A stretch of 64,000 nt of DNA from Octopus vulgaris (lineage: Eukaryota): assembly GCA_951406725.2 (NCBI GenBank), contig OX597814.1:149730001-149794000 (forward strand). The letters run 5' to 3'. The position numbers and the translations under genes are program-made. Shown piece after piece: positions 15,225 through 29,160 of the stretch. The notes beneath the pieces were generated by a model. That model was given only the letters and a program-made list of their open reading frames with translations. It did no database searches and was not told the origin of the DNA. Position 1 is the first letter of the stretch, and the number at the start of each line of letters is the position of its first letter.

Positions 15225-15256
<32 letters not shown>

Positions 15257-16799
15257 ACCTCCTTCTCTCTATGTTCCTGCATCTCCAAAGGGAGATAATC
15301 CTTATTAACTTTCATTGGTTACTACATACCGATCTTACGTTATCTTAATTTAATTAAGATATTAATTTTGAAAATTAGTATTCATTTCATTATTCTGTAT
15401 TTAGAAAACTTAGACATTTAGATTGATTTTAAAACGTACTAGCTTAATGCGAGACGACAATACTATAGAAATTTCAGCGCAAATGGCTCGTCACATGATA
15501 TGACGAACCGCTAATAACGAAGCTTCGAAGTCACAGTCAACAATGAATTTCAGTCTAATAAACAGTTTATGCTTTTTGTTTGTACTGAGACCGTTGTCAA
15601 TGAGTGCTTCCTGTTATTTTAGAGATACCCTCAAGTAATTACCTCAAGTTAAAATTTAAAGATACGCAACGGTGGCAAGAGTTAACAAGTTTTGGTTTTA
15701 TTATATCTCATCAGTGAAGCAGAGTTTAACCTAATGATATAGTGAAGATGGTACTCACCTTCCCATGTGACAAAGTGGTATGAGTAGCCACTATAAAGCC
15801 AGACAGTCAGTCGTTGTAGGAGGTCAGTAGAGTCGCTGTACGAGTTCTTAGTTGGAGTCAGTGGCAGTTACGTGATATGTACGAGTTCGAGTTACTATCA
15901 AGGTAGAAGTTTCAAAGTCATTGTCTTGCGGAGCTATCAACGAGAGTACGATAGACGAGTCAAAGATAATAAGACGCAGAATACCACCACAACATAATAG
16001 TAGCGACAAGAATATTACAGTGCCGGCAATAACATACAAGTGGACAAGGGCTTCTATAACTTGGAACAATTTTTAGAAACTATAGTTTTTACGGCAAAAT
16101 TCTTCATTGATTAGGCAATTTAAAATAATGACATTCGAAAATTTCCCCGGGGTGACTTTTGCAAAAATAGCATACAGGTAAGTGCAGGGTATAAGCTTAA
16201 TGAAATGAGCAAAAATGAGTGTTTCGTTAATTAATTAATTAATTAATTAATTAATATTTCACCCATAATGAGAACTGTAAAATTTAATCGTGGCTATATT
16301 GTCGACATTTATAGCTGCAGCGTTGTTTGCAGTAGGGATAGTGGGATTGATGGTAATGGGGTGATGGAGTAATGGGATTGGCGGTGTTCATAGTTGTGGT
16401 AGCGGCACTCATGTTTCCGGTAGTGGCAGTAATAGTACAGGCGTATTTACTGCTGGTGAATGTATAACAGAGATGAAGGTCTTATTTCGTTATTACAGCC
16501 ACCAGTCAAGCTTTAAGTCAGAGTGATAGAATGCTTGGTGATGGCGGCATTGATAGCGTTGACACTGCTGTTGTGTTGTCGTTAACTTCAACGAATAGTT
16601 GAGTTTCGCCTGTAAAGTATCCTCTTATAAATTTTCAGTAAAGAGATGTTCACTTTTCGCACTGCTTCCTGTCTCTCGGCGTTTAATCGTAACTATCACA
16701 ACGAGGCTCGTAATATCTTTATTATTTATAATCACAGGAGGTAGCTTTTTTACTCATATCAAGATTTATCCCATGTCTATTAATACATTTTAACACGCA

Positions 16800-17105
16800 G
16801 GAAGAAGAAGAAGAAAAAGAAGAAGAAGAAGAAGAAGAAGAAGAAGAAGAAGAAGAAGAAGAAGAAGAAGAAGAAGAAGAAGAAGAAAAAGAAGAAGGAG
16901 GAGAAGAGGAAGAAGAAGAAGAAGAACGTTAAGAAGGAGGAGAAGAGGAAGAAGAAGAACGTTAAGAAGGAGGAGAAAAGGAAGAAGAAGAACGTTAAGA
17001 AGGAGGAGAAAAGGAAGAAGAAGAACGTTAAGAAGGAGGAGAAGAAGAAGAAGAAGAAGAAGAAGAAGAAGAAGAAGAAAAGAAGAAGAAGAAGAAGAAG
17101 AAGAA

Positions 17106-17136
<31 letters not shown>

Positions 17137-17213
17137 AAGAAGAAGAAGAAGAAGAAGAAGAAGAAGAAGAAGAAGAAGAAGAAGAAGAACATTAAGAAGG
17201 AGAAGAAGAAGAA
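16800..17213. repeat. (GAA)n tract with an internal higher-order 33-bp unit
   Basis: A unit like gaagaagaacgttaagaaggaggagaagaggaa recurs about 4 times inside the pure GAA run. Confidence 0.9.
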
Positions 17214-17953
17214 TGGGATGGGTCGAGGAAGGAGAAGCAGAAGAGGAGGACGAAAAGTATACGGGTCTTACTTTTAACTGTGTACTCGTCTGAAAGGTAT
17301 TTGCATCAGAACATGATTTGTGTTATGAATGATCAATAGTTTTGTCATGTTAGAGATATCCAAAGCTTAACAATTGTACAAGGAAAAAGCATCATTCTGC
17401 CCTAGATAAACTCATTCATACGCATACACATATACGTAGTCTAAAACGTGCGAGTGCCTATATAAACACCCATGAATCTGCATACGCATACACACACCAT
17501 CACATTCATGTATGTATGTATGTATATACACACACACTGAAACAAATTCTTACATACCTACCTAACTACCTTCCTATCTACCTACCTATCTACCTACCTA
17601 AATACACACATACATACGTATGTACATACTTAACTACAGCTATAGGAATATGCATGCACACACACTTACAATTGAATCATTTAGTTGTCTGTAATATTGG
17701 TTAAAAATATATCGAGAACACTAATTATTTTCACTTGTGAAATAATTACAGAAGTAATTATAGTACATAATTCGTTCTAGATTATTCAGACACCGCCTAC
17801 AAATACGATTGAAGAGAAAGAGGTGGAGGGAGAGAAATATAATATGGACGTCCACTTACAAATACAAATTACAGGTAGTATCAAGTGCACACACACATGC
17901 ACACATGCACATATCTATGTGAGAATGTATGCAAATATCTATGTTTGTGTATG

Positions 17954-17986
<33 letters not shown>

Positions 17987-18028
17987 TATGTATGTATGTA
18001 TTACTCTGTGTGTATGTATATGTGTGTG

Positions 18029-18092
<64 letters not shown>

Positions 18093-18227
18093 TACATACC
18101 TATATATATAATATATATGAATTATATATATATGTATGTATGTATGTGTGTATGTATATATACGTGTGTGTATATGTTTGTATATATATATTATATACAT
18201 ATTACACACTTACATGTATATATATTC

Positions 18228-18847
18228 TTTCACGTATATAATTATAAACATATAATTACAATTAAGGGCTGCTGGAAATGATAACCACCAATGCTAGAAA
18301 TAGGTGTCAAATACCTACAATCCACGAAAAAAGGAAAATTGCCTATACAGTAATTTTTAAGTGCTAAGCCACTGATATAATCTCTTTTATGATTATATCC
18401 TTATCTTATAAGCATATAAATAATTTGGTAGTTCTCTAGTTAGAATATTTCAAGTGGGACTGCATTTACCCCGTATGACTTCTGACATTATTCACATGGT
18501 CGAGATGGGCTGGAAGATGAAATGTATACACGGGAAATGTATGTGTACATTGGTATCTGCGGGTGAATTTACCAGTGAGTACGTATATTTCTCTGTTATA
18601 TATTAATGGTTTATTCTACTGAAGACCGTAACGCAATTTTTTGCAGAGCGTGAAATTTTGAGGTATAGAATTATCCAATATTTTTTGTGTTTTCTTGCTC
18701 AATCTCTCGCGTTCGTACCTGTGATTGAATATAGAAGACAAATTGTAGAGTAGATTGTAGGTATTTGACACCTATTTCTAGCATTGGCGCTTGTCATTTC
18801 CAGTAGCGCTTTACTATAATGATTTCCTTATAATTATATACGTGAAA
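18228..18847. mobile_element. Fold-back cassette with ~95-bp inverted arms and an internal hammerhead, next to (TA)n
   Basis: Arms 18228-18322 and 18753-18847 share ccaatgctagaaataggtgtcaaatacctacaatc as reverse complements. Confidence 0.75.
18613..18671 (+). ncRNA. Type I hammerhead ribozyme motif
   Basis: AUUCUA-CUGAAGA-c[CG uaac GCAA uuuu UUGC agag CG]u-GAAA-UU uuga GG-UA-UAGAAU. 6-bp stem I, intact core, GUA triplet, weak stem III. Confidence 0.75.
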
Positions 18848-18983
18848 AAATTAATATTGTCTATACGGTCATTTTTAAATACTAGGCTACTGAGACAATC
18901 ATTTTATGATTATTACCTTATCATAGAAGTACACGTGTATGTGTGTGTGTGTGTGTGTGCGCATATATATATATATATATATA

Positions 18984-19026
<43 letters not shown>

Positions 19027-19350
19027 GTGTGTGTGTATGTATGTGTGTGTGCGTACGTACGATTATTTCTATATATGTATTTATAATTCATGTTCGAATG
19101 TATAGTGGAATTTATATTTATAAATCATAATATATAAATAAGTACCGTCCCGAAATAAATTTAAATTTAAGAAACATCTTTTTCCTCTTACTATTGTGAT
19201 AAACATACAATTTCCGGTTTTATGGGCAGAAAATTTAGATCGAGGCTGTATCTTATTGAAAAGGCGTAACTTTAATTTCAAACACGTGCATATTCTCGCG
19301 CGTTTATGCAAGGAGACATGACTGTGTACGCGCGTGCGCACACACACACA

Positions 19351-19415
<65 letters not shown>

Positions 19416-19497
19416 GCATATATCGCCATGTTGATTCGCTAGCTTCTGCACGCATTTTTTTCTCTCCTTGTTTCTTTCCGTGTTTCTTTTCTGTGTA

Positions 19498-19535
19498 TCT
19501 TTCTGTTGAAGAGCGTAGGCTCGCAACGTAAAAGA
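19498..19535 (+). ncRNA. Minimal hammerhead-like motif, variant or decayed core
   Basis: UCUUU-CUGUUGA-a GAGC guag GCUC-GCAA-CG-UA-AAAGA. Stems are perfect but the core has A6U and A13C. Lies in a ~180-bp cassette ending at (TA)n near 19633. Confidence 0.55.
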
Positions 19536-19630
19536 CTTGTTTTATTTATATTCCTGAGCGCCATACTAATACAATTGTTTGTTTGTATTCCACCTGCCTT
19601 CGTCTTTTGTTTATTTTCATAAAGCTTCCC

Positions 19631-19684
<54 letters not shown>

Positions 19685-19699
19685 TATGAGTGTATAATC

Positions 19700-20240
19700 G
19701 GTTTAAAATTTTGGCAGAAGACCAGCAATGTCGGGGTACGTGAGTGAATCGATTACATCAACCTCAATGCTTAATTTGTACTTATTGTATCAACATCGAA
19801 AGGATGAAAAGCAAAGTCGACTTTGACCAAATCTGAACTCGGATCATAAAGACGAACAAAAAGCCGTTGAGTATTTCTTTCCCCTTTATCCTTGCGATTC
19901 TGCCAACTCAACGCCATCATTTATGCATAACTACATATTTACATTCATGGTAATATCTTTTAATAAATACATGGGTTTGTGGTCACGAAGCTTGCTTTGT
20001 AATCACATGTGCCCGGGTTCTGTTTCCACTGCGTGGAATCTTGGGCATGTGGCTACTATTATAGTTCTAGGCTGTCGAATGCCACATGAGTGAATTTGGT
20101 TGATGGAAGTTGTGAAGAGACACGTTATGTGTGTGCTTGTGTGTGTAATTTGCGTCTCTGTTTCATCACCGGTGTTGGTTTGTTTAACGTCCTCGTAACC
20201 TAATGGTTCGGCAAAAGAGACTGATTGAATATGTACTTAT
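19700..20240. mobile_element. Two decayed SINEs: family C (minus, ~19700-19918) and family A (plus, ~19970-20240)
   Basis: gaaaggatgaaaagcaaagtcgact (family C) and cccgggttctgtttccactgcgtgg..cttgggca...ggttcggcaaaagagac (family A). Confidence 0.65.
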
Positions 20241-21965
20241 AACTCATAAACACAATATGTTTTTATGTGTTACTATTAGTTTCATGCGATGAGAGCATGT
20301 CAGACAATATTTTCGAAACGTCTCGTATCTCAGCACAATCTTCAAGCACTGCCCAAACTAAAAATAAGGCTAAAAGACGAGAGAAAAGACGAGAAAGAAG
20401 TAGATATAGATAGTTTTTGATGTGAGATCATTTGTTGAAACTAAAATGTTTACAGAGTGAAAGGCATGTATTAGCCATTCAAAAATACACAGAAACTGAT
20501 AACTTCATTTAAACATTTATAGTTTGGAATATAGTATCAACATTTTCGTCGCTCGAAAGTGTACTCTTGTTAAGGACAAATGGGTACTGCAGTTTCAGGC
20601 GACGAAAATGATGACACAATAAGTCTTTAAGGGAAGTCAACGGTTTTCGTGTGATTCTGAATGGCTAGCTTACGTCTTCCATGATGCAATCGATTTATGT
20701 ATAAAGGTGTGTGTATGTATGAGTGTGTGTGTGTGTGTAGAGAGAGAGAGAGGTGGGGTGATAGAAAGGCAGATCGATCGATAGATAGATATAGTGAAAA
20801 AAGTAAGTGTTCTATGTTCATAAAGTACTGAAAAATAGAATGAACTCAGATATATGTGCAGAGTATAATATTTATGATAGAGTTGTAGAAAATGACCTGT
20901 AGGTTTCATCAGGTCGTAGCGTATTCAAACTGTGAAATGAGAAAAGTTATTCCATCTTCAATATCTCTCTATTCTACAGATAGATGCTTAACAGAAGATG
21001 CATGCAACAGAGAAGTTTAGATTATTTAAAACAGAAAGTGTTATGATCGATGAGAATTATAATAGAATGCATATATGTTAAAGCGAATTATAATGGTTCG
21101 TAGTGACGGAAAGCAGATGTTTAGCCTTTCCGACGGTCATCTTCAATGTAGAGCATTCGTATCGAACAGATAGATTACGTATAGTGAGAGAGATGACAAA
21201 TAGAAAATAGAGGAAATGATGAGAGGTGGGGAAAGAGAAAATAGTGAAATGTCTCTATGATCTTGGTTATGTTAACTTCGAACAAACTCTCCAATGCTTT
21301 AACACCATTATTCGTTCTTGCACTGCAGAATTGAGACGAGAGATAATGATAGTACTTTTGATTTACGTTCGTATTTAGCTCCAGATTAGCTTTGATATGA
21401 CAGATCTATGATAAGATATACTTCAGTTGTGATCATTTCGTCCTATTTTCAGTCAATGTGTATTTAATCCGTCATTATCCAATGAGTACATTTCTTTTTT
21501 ATAATAGTTCGTTGCAATATGATGGAAATCTACTTACAATTTTTAGCAAGCAGTATAACCATATAGAGGTTTTAGTTGCGATTGTTTGGCTTATAATTAC
21601 AGCTTTCCTCTGTACATATGACATCGTTATTGCTTATTCCATTACCCTCATAGCAACTCGAATTCAGGAAGCCTATGTTCAAGTGCATTCCAACCGGGAC
21701 AATATATAGTTTGACAGTGACTAAGCAGTCAGTGATGTCGCAAAAAGTACGGGGAAATCACGTGCTACAACAGTCGAATCTGTCGGTGCAGCTGAAATTT
21801 CGTCTACCGATATAATCTGTTCTGTCTAGCACTTAACGCCTACACAAGATGAAAAATCTCCAGAGTACTACGGCATGTAAGATAACACATCCAAGTTAAT
21901 TTGGTTGCGGAAATTAACATTCATTACAAGTATTGCTTCTGTCACTAATAGTTAATATATAAAAG

Positions 21966-22749
21966 TACGTGGTCTGATCAATAAGTATCCGGACTGTTGC
22001 CGTACTAAAGAAGCTAGAGCACTCAGAGTAAAGCCGCTTGACACAGATTGACCTTAATCTCTGTTGTGTATGCACATTAAGTTTTAACAGCAGTGCTTGG
22101 AAGAAAGATGTGTAGCGAGTGTTCATCACATTGACGATGACAGAGAAAGTTGAGCAGAGAATCTGCATCAAATTTTGCCAAAAGCTTGGCGATGGTTTCT
22201 CAGAGGCCTACGCAAAGTTTTCAAAAAGTTTTCATTGTTCTCGACTCAATCAAGGAGATTTTGTGCAACTGTAACCCGGGTGTCTTTTTGGTCGGCTGAA
22301 AGCAGTTTTGGCATAAACTTGGCAGGCGCACGTCTCATACCCAATTCTTCAGTGTTAATGGACTGCACTGAATCGTAACTAATCTGCACATCCGCTGCGA
22401 TGTTTTTCTCAGTTCTGCTGATTGCGCGTCTCCCAGAACGTTCATCAATATCGACATTTTTCGGCCATCTTTGAAACGTCTGAACCACTCGTACACTTGT
22501 CTGCGGTTCATACATACACAACTCCATACGCTTTCAGCAATTTTCCGTAGTACTGTAAGTATCACTATGACAACTTTTTTCTGTCATGGTTAATGCAACG
22601 ATCACACGCTACACACCTTTCTCTCAATCTCTACTGCAAACAGCGGAAGTAAGATAGAACGTTAAAACTGTGCCAAGCGGCTTTACTCTGCGTGTTTTAG
22701 CTTCGTTACTATGGCAACAGTCCTGGTAATTACTGATCAGATATACATA
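21966..22749. mobile_element. Rearranged mariner element with two 5' ends
   Basis: TIR tctgatcaRtaa..ggactgttgcc at both ends. Plus strand encodes MTEKVEQRICIKFCQKLG; minus strand encodes QVYEWFRRFKDGR, DERSGR and LGMRRAPAKFMPKLLSADQK (N-terminal region). Confidence 0.88.
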
Positions 22750-22789
22750 TAAATACATACATACATACATACATACATACATACATACA

Positions 22790-22825
<36 letters not shown>

Positions 22826-23365
22826 GCTAAAATAGCTTATTGATGTGTTCCATTCCTTTTTTCCTACTGACGAGATGATTGCATTATTTTATATCATTTT
22901 TATTCTCTCCGAAATAATCTCAATGCGTTTTTCGAAGCATATGTTTGAAGTATAAATGATTTGAATCACACCTGCGTTTGACTCCATTTCTTAAATATAT
23001 CCATTTTCTGCAAAAAACATTTCACTTAACCCTGGAATTTCTACCTTTATAAGTAGTCTGTAATATCTTTGGCGCTTATGTGAAATTTTACTACCCTGGC
23101 AACTATTTATTTATTTTTTCCGTGTTATTCGTAGACATTGAGAAAATATACATTCATATTTGTGTGTGTGTGTGTGTGTATGTCTGTGTGTGTATAAAGT
23201 GTTTGAAGTGGTGTACAGATATTGCATATTGAGAAAAAGGAGGTAGTCAGAATGTTGGATAATCCTTTATTAGCACTTTCGTTTGTTTATGAACTGGTCA
23301 AGACAAAATCAAAATCAAAATGGTTCATTTTGACGTTGATTTTGATTTTGTCTTGTCAAGTTCGT

Positions 23366-23442
<77 letters not shown>

Positions 23443-23456
23443 TGTATGTATGTATG

Positions 23457-23499
<43 letters not shown>

Positions 23500-24150
23500 T
23501 ATTTACTCACACATACACACTGACATACGGTCTCACTCACACATGCTCTGTCTGTCTGTATTTCTCTCACTCAATCTCTCTCTCTCTCTCTCTGTCACAC
23601 ACAGACACACTCATATACATACATATATACTTTTCTAGAACGTTGTAATGATGGAGATTGAGAGATTGAAATATACTCGGATATTTCCTGTAGATGAAAG
23701 AACTGGTGATAAGGCCCTCGAGTTACTTCATCATGGAAGCGTTGGGTAGTATAATAGGTGAATGCATGTATATATTCCACTAATTATTATATATGTTAGA
23801 GATTACAAAAAATTTAACATTGACAACTCCTTTACCTTCGCTACCATGTCTAATTCCTTTTTGAGAGAAATGTATATTATAACTTCCAGTGACATCTCTT
23901 AATGCAAAAGTTCATATTTATGTTCATATGAAATAATTCGAGCTATTATTGTTGCAAAAGACGAAAATTATATTTTCACTTTCAGAAGTGCATATCACAC
24001 AATTACTTATTAATTTTCAGTTATTGCGGCATTTTAGCGCCGTGTATTTCACACACTCGTTATTATGCTGCTAGAGGTAGCCAATTAGAAAAGTTTTATA
24101 ATCTTTCTCGGTTAAATACGATAAATACGAGATAAATGTGATAAACTATG

Positions 24151-24406
24151 TATTGGGCATAATTATTGCGGCTTTTTGTTTCAAGAAATGTTATTCAATA
24201 AAATCAATAACAACATTTAACAAAAACATCTTTAAATGATTATTCCGGAGCATATTCACCATCTACTTCAATTACTGCTTCCCATTTGCTTGGCAGACGG
24301 TCAGACCGTCATTTAAAGATGTTTTTGTTAAAAATTGTTATTGCTTTTGTTGAATAAGATTCGTTGACAAACAAAAAAGCCGCAATAATTATGCACCAAC
24401 CCAATA
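24151..24406. mobile_element. Mariner-derived MITE with two 3' ends
   Basis: TIR tattggg(ttggt)gcataattattgcggc with ~90-bp inverted arms. Centre encodes DRLPSKWEAVIEVDGEYAPE* on the minus strand, resembling a mariner C-terminus. Confidence 0.82.
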
Positions 24407-26186
24407 ACAGTAAAATACTTGGGTTTCAGATATGCGAGTGTATAAATAGATAGATTTTGGTAAACGAAATTTCAAACAATGATATTGAATCTTGCAATAA
24501 TTGAACTACCAAAAGCTGCAGTAAATACTACTGAAGCTGCTTGTATATATTTTATGAACGTTGATACAAACTGTTTGGTGCTGCTACAGCTGGTGCCGTT
24601 AATTATTGATTATATTAATACTTCATTATCATTTCGTTTATTGCTCTTGTTCTTAATACTCTGGCAAACGAAGTCCATTTTGATTTACGTCAATAATGAC
24701 TTTTGAGACAATAAATTTGCTTTTCTTTTATTTCCTTTGCTTGCAATTGTTATAAATACAAGCTTAAACCAACTGTATCTATCTTAGCAGTAAATACGGC
24801 TTAACGCGCTCTAAACTTCTACAACTAAATATAATAAACGAACAAGCAAGCAAGCATTGATCTTTTATTTAGTTTCCACCAATAAAAATCCATAAATGAC
24901 ACTCTAATGAACGAATTTATTGCCTTTGTTCATACTCTTGTACTTAATAATTTCCTTCGGTTCAAACATGTCGTCTTTCCTAGTAAATAATGTCGAAGCC
25001 TAGCTATCGACCTTTCATTTCTAGGTCAAGTGAAGAAACGATTTTTTTTTCTAATGTGACCTAATGTCCCAAACTATCCTTTCATCTTCGCAAAGCGCAT
25101 TATTTCGCCTATTAGTTTAGCCAATACTTGCACAAACTCTAACGCATCATTACATGCACACACAAATGTTATTCCTTTCTCTGATATAAATCGTTCAACG
25201 CATCTCTGTTGTTAAGTTACGCCGTTTATCTCTGTTGCGTTCTGGCAGTTGGTATACGCGCTTATAAAGATTCTACTCACCCAAGATTCAAACATCCTTA
25301 CCTGAATATCAGTAAATAAAATACTTCCATTTTCCCACTCATGTTCTGCATAGCTCCAAATTAATCAGCTGTCTGTACTATTTTCCTAGTTTCTCCTACC
25401 ACTAGAATTTTTTTCCGAGTTACTATCATCAGAATTTCTTCGATTCTTCTACATCCTGCATTGCGGTAATCTTCCTCACCTCTACCATATGTCATCATTT
25501 TCTATGACGTAATTGCATAACATATTTACGGCAAAACGGTTACTACACTGAATTATCAGTTAGCATTTTCAGTTTCCCTTACCCTAACCACTTCTGCAAA
25601 CACTCTTAACTATTTACTCACCTCCAGGCTCGAAGTTTTCAATCACCCTCATATATTCTGGCCAGCAAATGTTTACAAATTCAGAGCTATAACTGCCCTG
25701 CATTAACTACTCTTAACGAATATGAACTACCACAGACCTGTTCGAGACAAAGAGCGCTTAGCTGATACCACATCTTAGGTATACATCTCTACATCTTTCA
25801 TACAGCTAACAATCTACAATCCCGAATCCTAATTAATTAATGACATGTTCAAGCAAACTGTAAATGCTGCTAATAAAGTCATGAGAAAGTCCATCAACCA
25901 ATAACAATGTTAGAGGCATCTATCCAACGATGCACAATTTCTCGTATGAGCATCATCCAAGCAGACAATGCCTGCATCCATAACACGCCCTGCAAGCTTC
26001 TAGTCTCCAGATTTCTTGTAGAGGTTGTAGTCCTTTACCGGGATGGTCTCTATAACTTTACATTAACTCCAGCCAACTCAGATCATTTTTGTACACTGTA
26101 TTTTTGTTGGTAAGGTCATTACAATTACCGCCTACTTGCTTCTGAATTCACACTAGTATTCCACAAACAATATCTTCCAAACTTTT

Positions 26187-26406
26187 AAGGCGGTGAGCTG
26201 ACAGAAACGTTAGCACGCTGGGCCGAAATGCTTAGCGATATTTCGTCTGTCTTTACCTTCTTAGTTCAAATTCCGCCGAAGTCGACTTTGCCTTTAATCT
26301 TTTCAGGGTCGAAAAATTAAGTACCCTTTGCGTACTGAGGTCGATCTAATCGACTGGCCCCCTCCCCAAAAATTTCGGGCCTTGTGCCTAGAGTAGAAAA
26401 GGTATT
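26187..26406 (+). mobile_element. SINE family C, 1 unit, tail B
   Basis: Head aaggcggtgagctg..., B box gttcaaattcc, central gtcgactttgccttt..gggtcga domain. TSD tcttccaaacttttaa at 26173-26188 and 26407-26422. Confidence 0.9.
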
Positions 26407-27072
26407 TCTTCCAAACTTTTAAATTCCTCTCCACTTTTTAACCTGCCTCATTTAAAATACGCAAATCACCAAATGCTTGATCGTCTTCAACTAAGTTAAC
26501 CTATTAGCACTTCTCTCTTTATAAGACTTCTGAGTCTTTCATTTTAAGCAACTCCTTATCACAGTCTAAAGGAACATATGACAGTATGTTTCACTATCAA
26601 GAATGTAATCCCTTTGACCCTGACAAAAAACGATCTATCCCTATTAAGCCACAAATAACTGGCAGAAATCTACAAATATCACATTGTTAATATGTTTGCA
26701 TGCATGTGTATATATGCATATAGGTATGAGTATGCTTACATATATGCTCATGTGTGCGTGTTTGTGTGCAAATGGACGCATGTATGTTTGTACGTATGAG
26801 TGAATATATTTACACGTGACAACGGGTGTATGAGAATATTTCCGTGTACCTTGACTAGTTAACATCTGAAAGTTTAGTTATTTCATTAAAGAGTTTCTAT
26901 ATTTCATTGTTAGTACCAAATTAAAAGTTTGGCACAAAAATATTTCTAAGTAAATAAAAATACCATAATTTCATTCGCATCATCTACATAAAATGTATCA
27001 TTTTTATGCTGGCATTTTGTGGGTGCGTTTTGCAGCAGGCTGCAAATTATCAAGGGAATATTCTTATAACTT

Positions 27073-27473
27073 AAGGCGGTGAGCTGGCAGAAACGTTAGC
27101 ACGCCGGGCACAATACTTAGCAGTATTTCGTCTGCCGTTACGTTCTGAGTTCAAATTCCGCTGGGGTCGACTTTGCCTTTCATCCTTTCGGGGTCGATAA
27201 ATTAAGTACCAGTTACGCAGTGGGGTCGATATAATCGACTTAATCCGTTTGTCTGCCCTTGTTTGTCCTCTCTGTGTTTATCCCCTTATGGGTAGTAAAG
27301 AAATATGTATTACGTCTGTCTTTACGTTCTGAGTTCAAATTCCACCGAGGCCGACTTTGCCTGTCATCCTTTCGGGGTCGATAAATGAAGTACCATTTGC
27401 GCACTGGAGTTGAACTAATCGACTGGCCCCCTCCCACAAAATTTCGGGCCTTGTGCCTAGAGTAGAAAAGAAC
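27073..27473 (+). mobile_element. SINE family C, 2 units (tail A then tail B)
   Basis: TSD attcttataac at 27060-27070 and 27474-27484; the central domain occurs twice. Confidence 0.9.
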
Positions 27474-28926
27474 ATTCTTATAACAAAATTGACCGAGCTG
27501 CATTTATGGTTAACAGGAAACTGCTGGAGACTTTCATACCTTATTTTAATTTATCATAGTTATTAGTGTTATTGCTGTTGATCTTATGATGTCCATTCAG
27601 TGGTTCTATTTATTATCAATTTTATTGTTGTGGTTCGGTATTGTTGTTCATTGGGCTTTTCTCGAGAGCAGTTGTTCTCACCCTTTGAGTGTTTGAGGCT
27701 GCAAGGGGCAACAAATGTCAATTGATGTGTACTATCTGTGTGTTTATAGTCTGGTAATGCTATCAAGTGTTATATTTTCTTATGCGGTATTGTTTTATGC
27801 AAAGTATTATAGTGCTCTGCCATTAAACATATATGTGCGTTTAGGCATGTACATATATATGTGTGTGTATACGCATGCATGCACATACATGTATACATGT
27901 TCATATATTTGTGTGCATAAATATATATATATATATATGTATATGTATGTATGTATATATGATAGATCCCCACGACACACATGAATACACGCATATATAT
28001 GAAGTCGGGTCTGTATGCATATCTGTATTTGTTTTCAATATTCAATACATACATATACATCTATATACTTGTATACATTCATATATGTATATAAAAGGTT
28101 ATCTGGCAATGTGCAATTTACTTGCTATAGATAAGAGTCAACATGATACGTGACAAACAATAAACCTGCACCAATTTCTTTTTGGTGATAACAAGAGGTA
28201 TAAGATATACTGTGTATGTGACACCATTTTATCTCTTGCCTTCGCTTCAGTTTATTTTCTGTTTATTGGCGATGGGTTAATATTTCTATTATGATTATTA
28301 TCATTATCAGACATTATTATTCGTAGTAGCAGTTGTAGAAGAAGAGTAGAAATAAATATTATTATTTATTATTGTCGTTGTTATAACAGTCTTATTGCTT
28401 TTTTTCTCAGAAGCTTTATTTTCATTGCGTGCTTCCACTGTTTAACAAAGCACAACTTTCTGCAACTTGAGAATATGCGTTGTTTTGGTTTGGTTATGTT
28501 ATTCCTATTCTACTGGAGTTACTGTCTTTAATACATATGTACGTGTTAGCAGTGATCTTTTGTATTACGTATGAAGTGCATATCTGATAGCCCTCGCACT
28601 TGGTTACGCATTTGTCTGCATGTGTCTTAATTATTTCAAGGCACCTCTTATAAAAGTGCTATTACTGATTTTAGATCTCCTTTCTGGTGATCTTTATTTC
28701 AAAAGTTTTGTATCTAGATAATTTCTCATTTCTTTTCTGCATATATTATCGATCATCTTTTTCAACTGAAACTTAGATTACGTGGCATTTATTTTCTTTC
28801 CAGTTCGAAAGAACAATATCTACTTGACCATCTAGATTTATCAGGCTGTATTTATTGAAATATTCCAGAATATGGTCCTATCGCCATTCTCCAAGATATT
28901 GTGTTTCGTTTGGTATTTCATTATAT

Positions 28927-29160
28927 ATTTCTTTACTACCCACAAGGGGCTACACACAGAGGGGACAAACAAGGACAGACAAACGGATTAAGTCGATTAC
29001 ATCGACCCCAGTGTGTAACTGGTACTTAATTTATCGACCCTAAATGGATGAAAGGCAAAGTCGACCTCGGTGGAATTTGAACTCAGCACGTAACGGCAGC
29101 CGAAATACTGCTAAGCATTTCTCCCGGCGTGCTAACGTTTCTGCCAGCTCGCCGCCTTTT
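28927..29160 (-). mobile_element. SINE family C, 1 unit, tail A
   Basis: 19-bp TSD gtttggtatttcattatat at 28908-28926 and 29162-29180. Confidence 0.92.

Noticed and set aside
15766-16070. Possible solo LTR (TGT...ACA with TATA-like ctataaag)
   Set aside because: No TSD and no convincing terminal inverted repeat.
20284-20328. Hammerhead-like atgcga...gaaacgtc tcgtat (also a half motif at 38492-38510 and weak ones near 21110-21145 and 48995-49045)
   Set aside because: The CUGANGA core or stem II is missing or broken. They may be relics but cannot be called ribozymes.
20423-20445. bantam-like sequence tgagatcatttgttgaaact
   Set aside because: The seed falls in the loop of only a short hairpin, and there is no complementary 5' arm of pre-miRNA length.
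25250-26150. C-rich stretch with TIYSPPG, suggestive of an old LINE endonuclease
   Set aside because: Only one short motif, with no continuous frame or other APE motifs recognisable.
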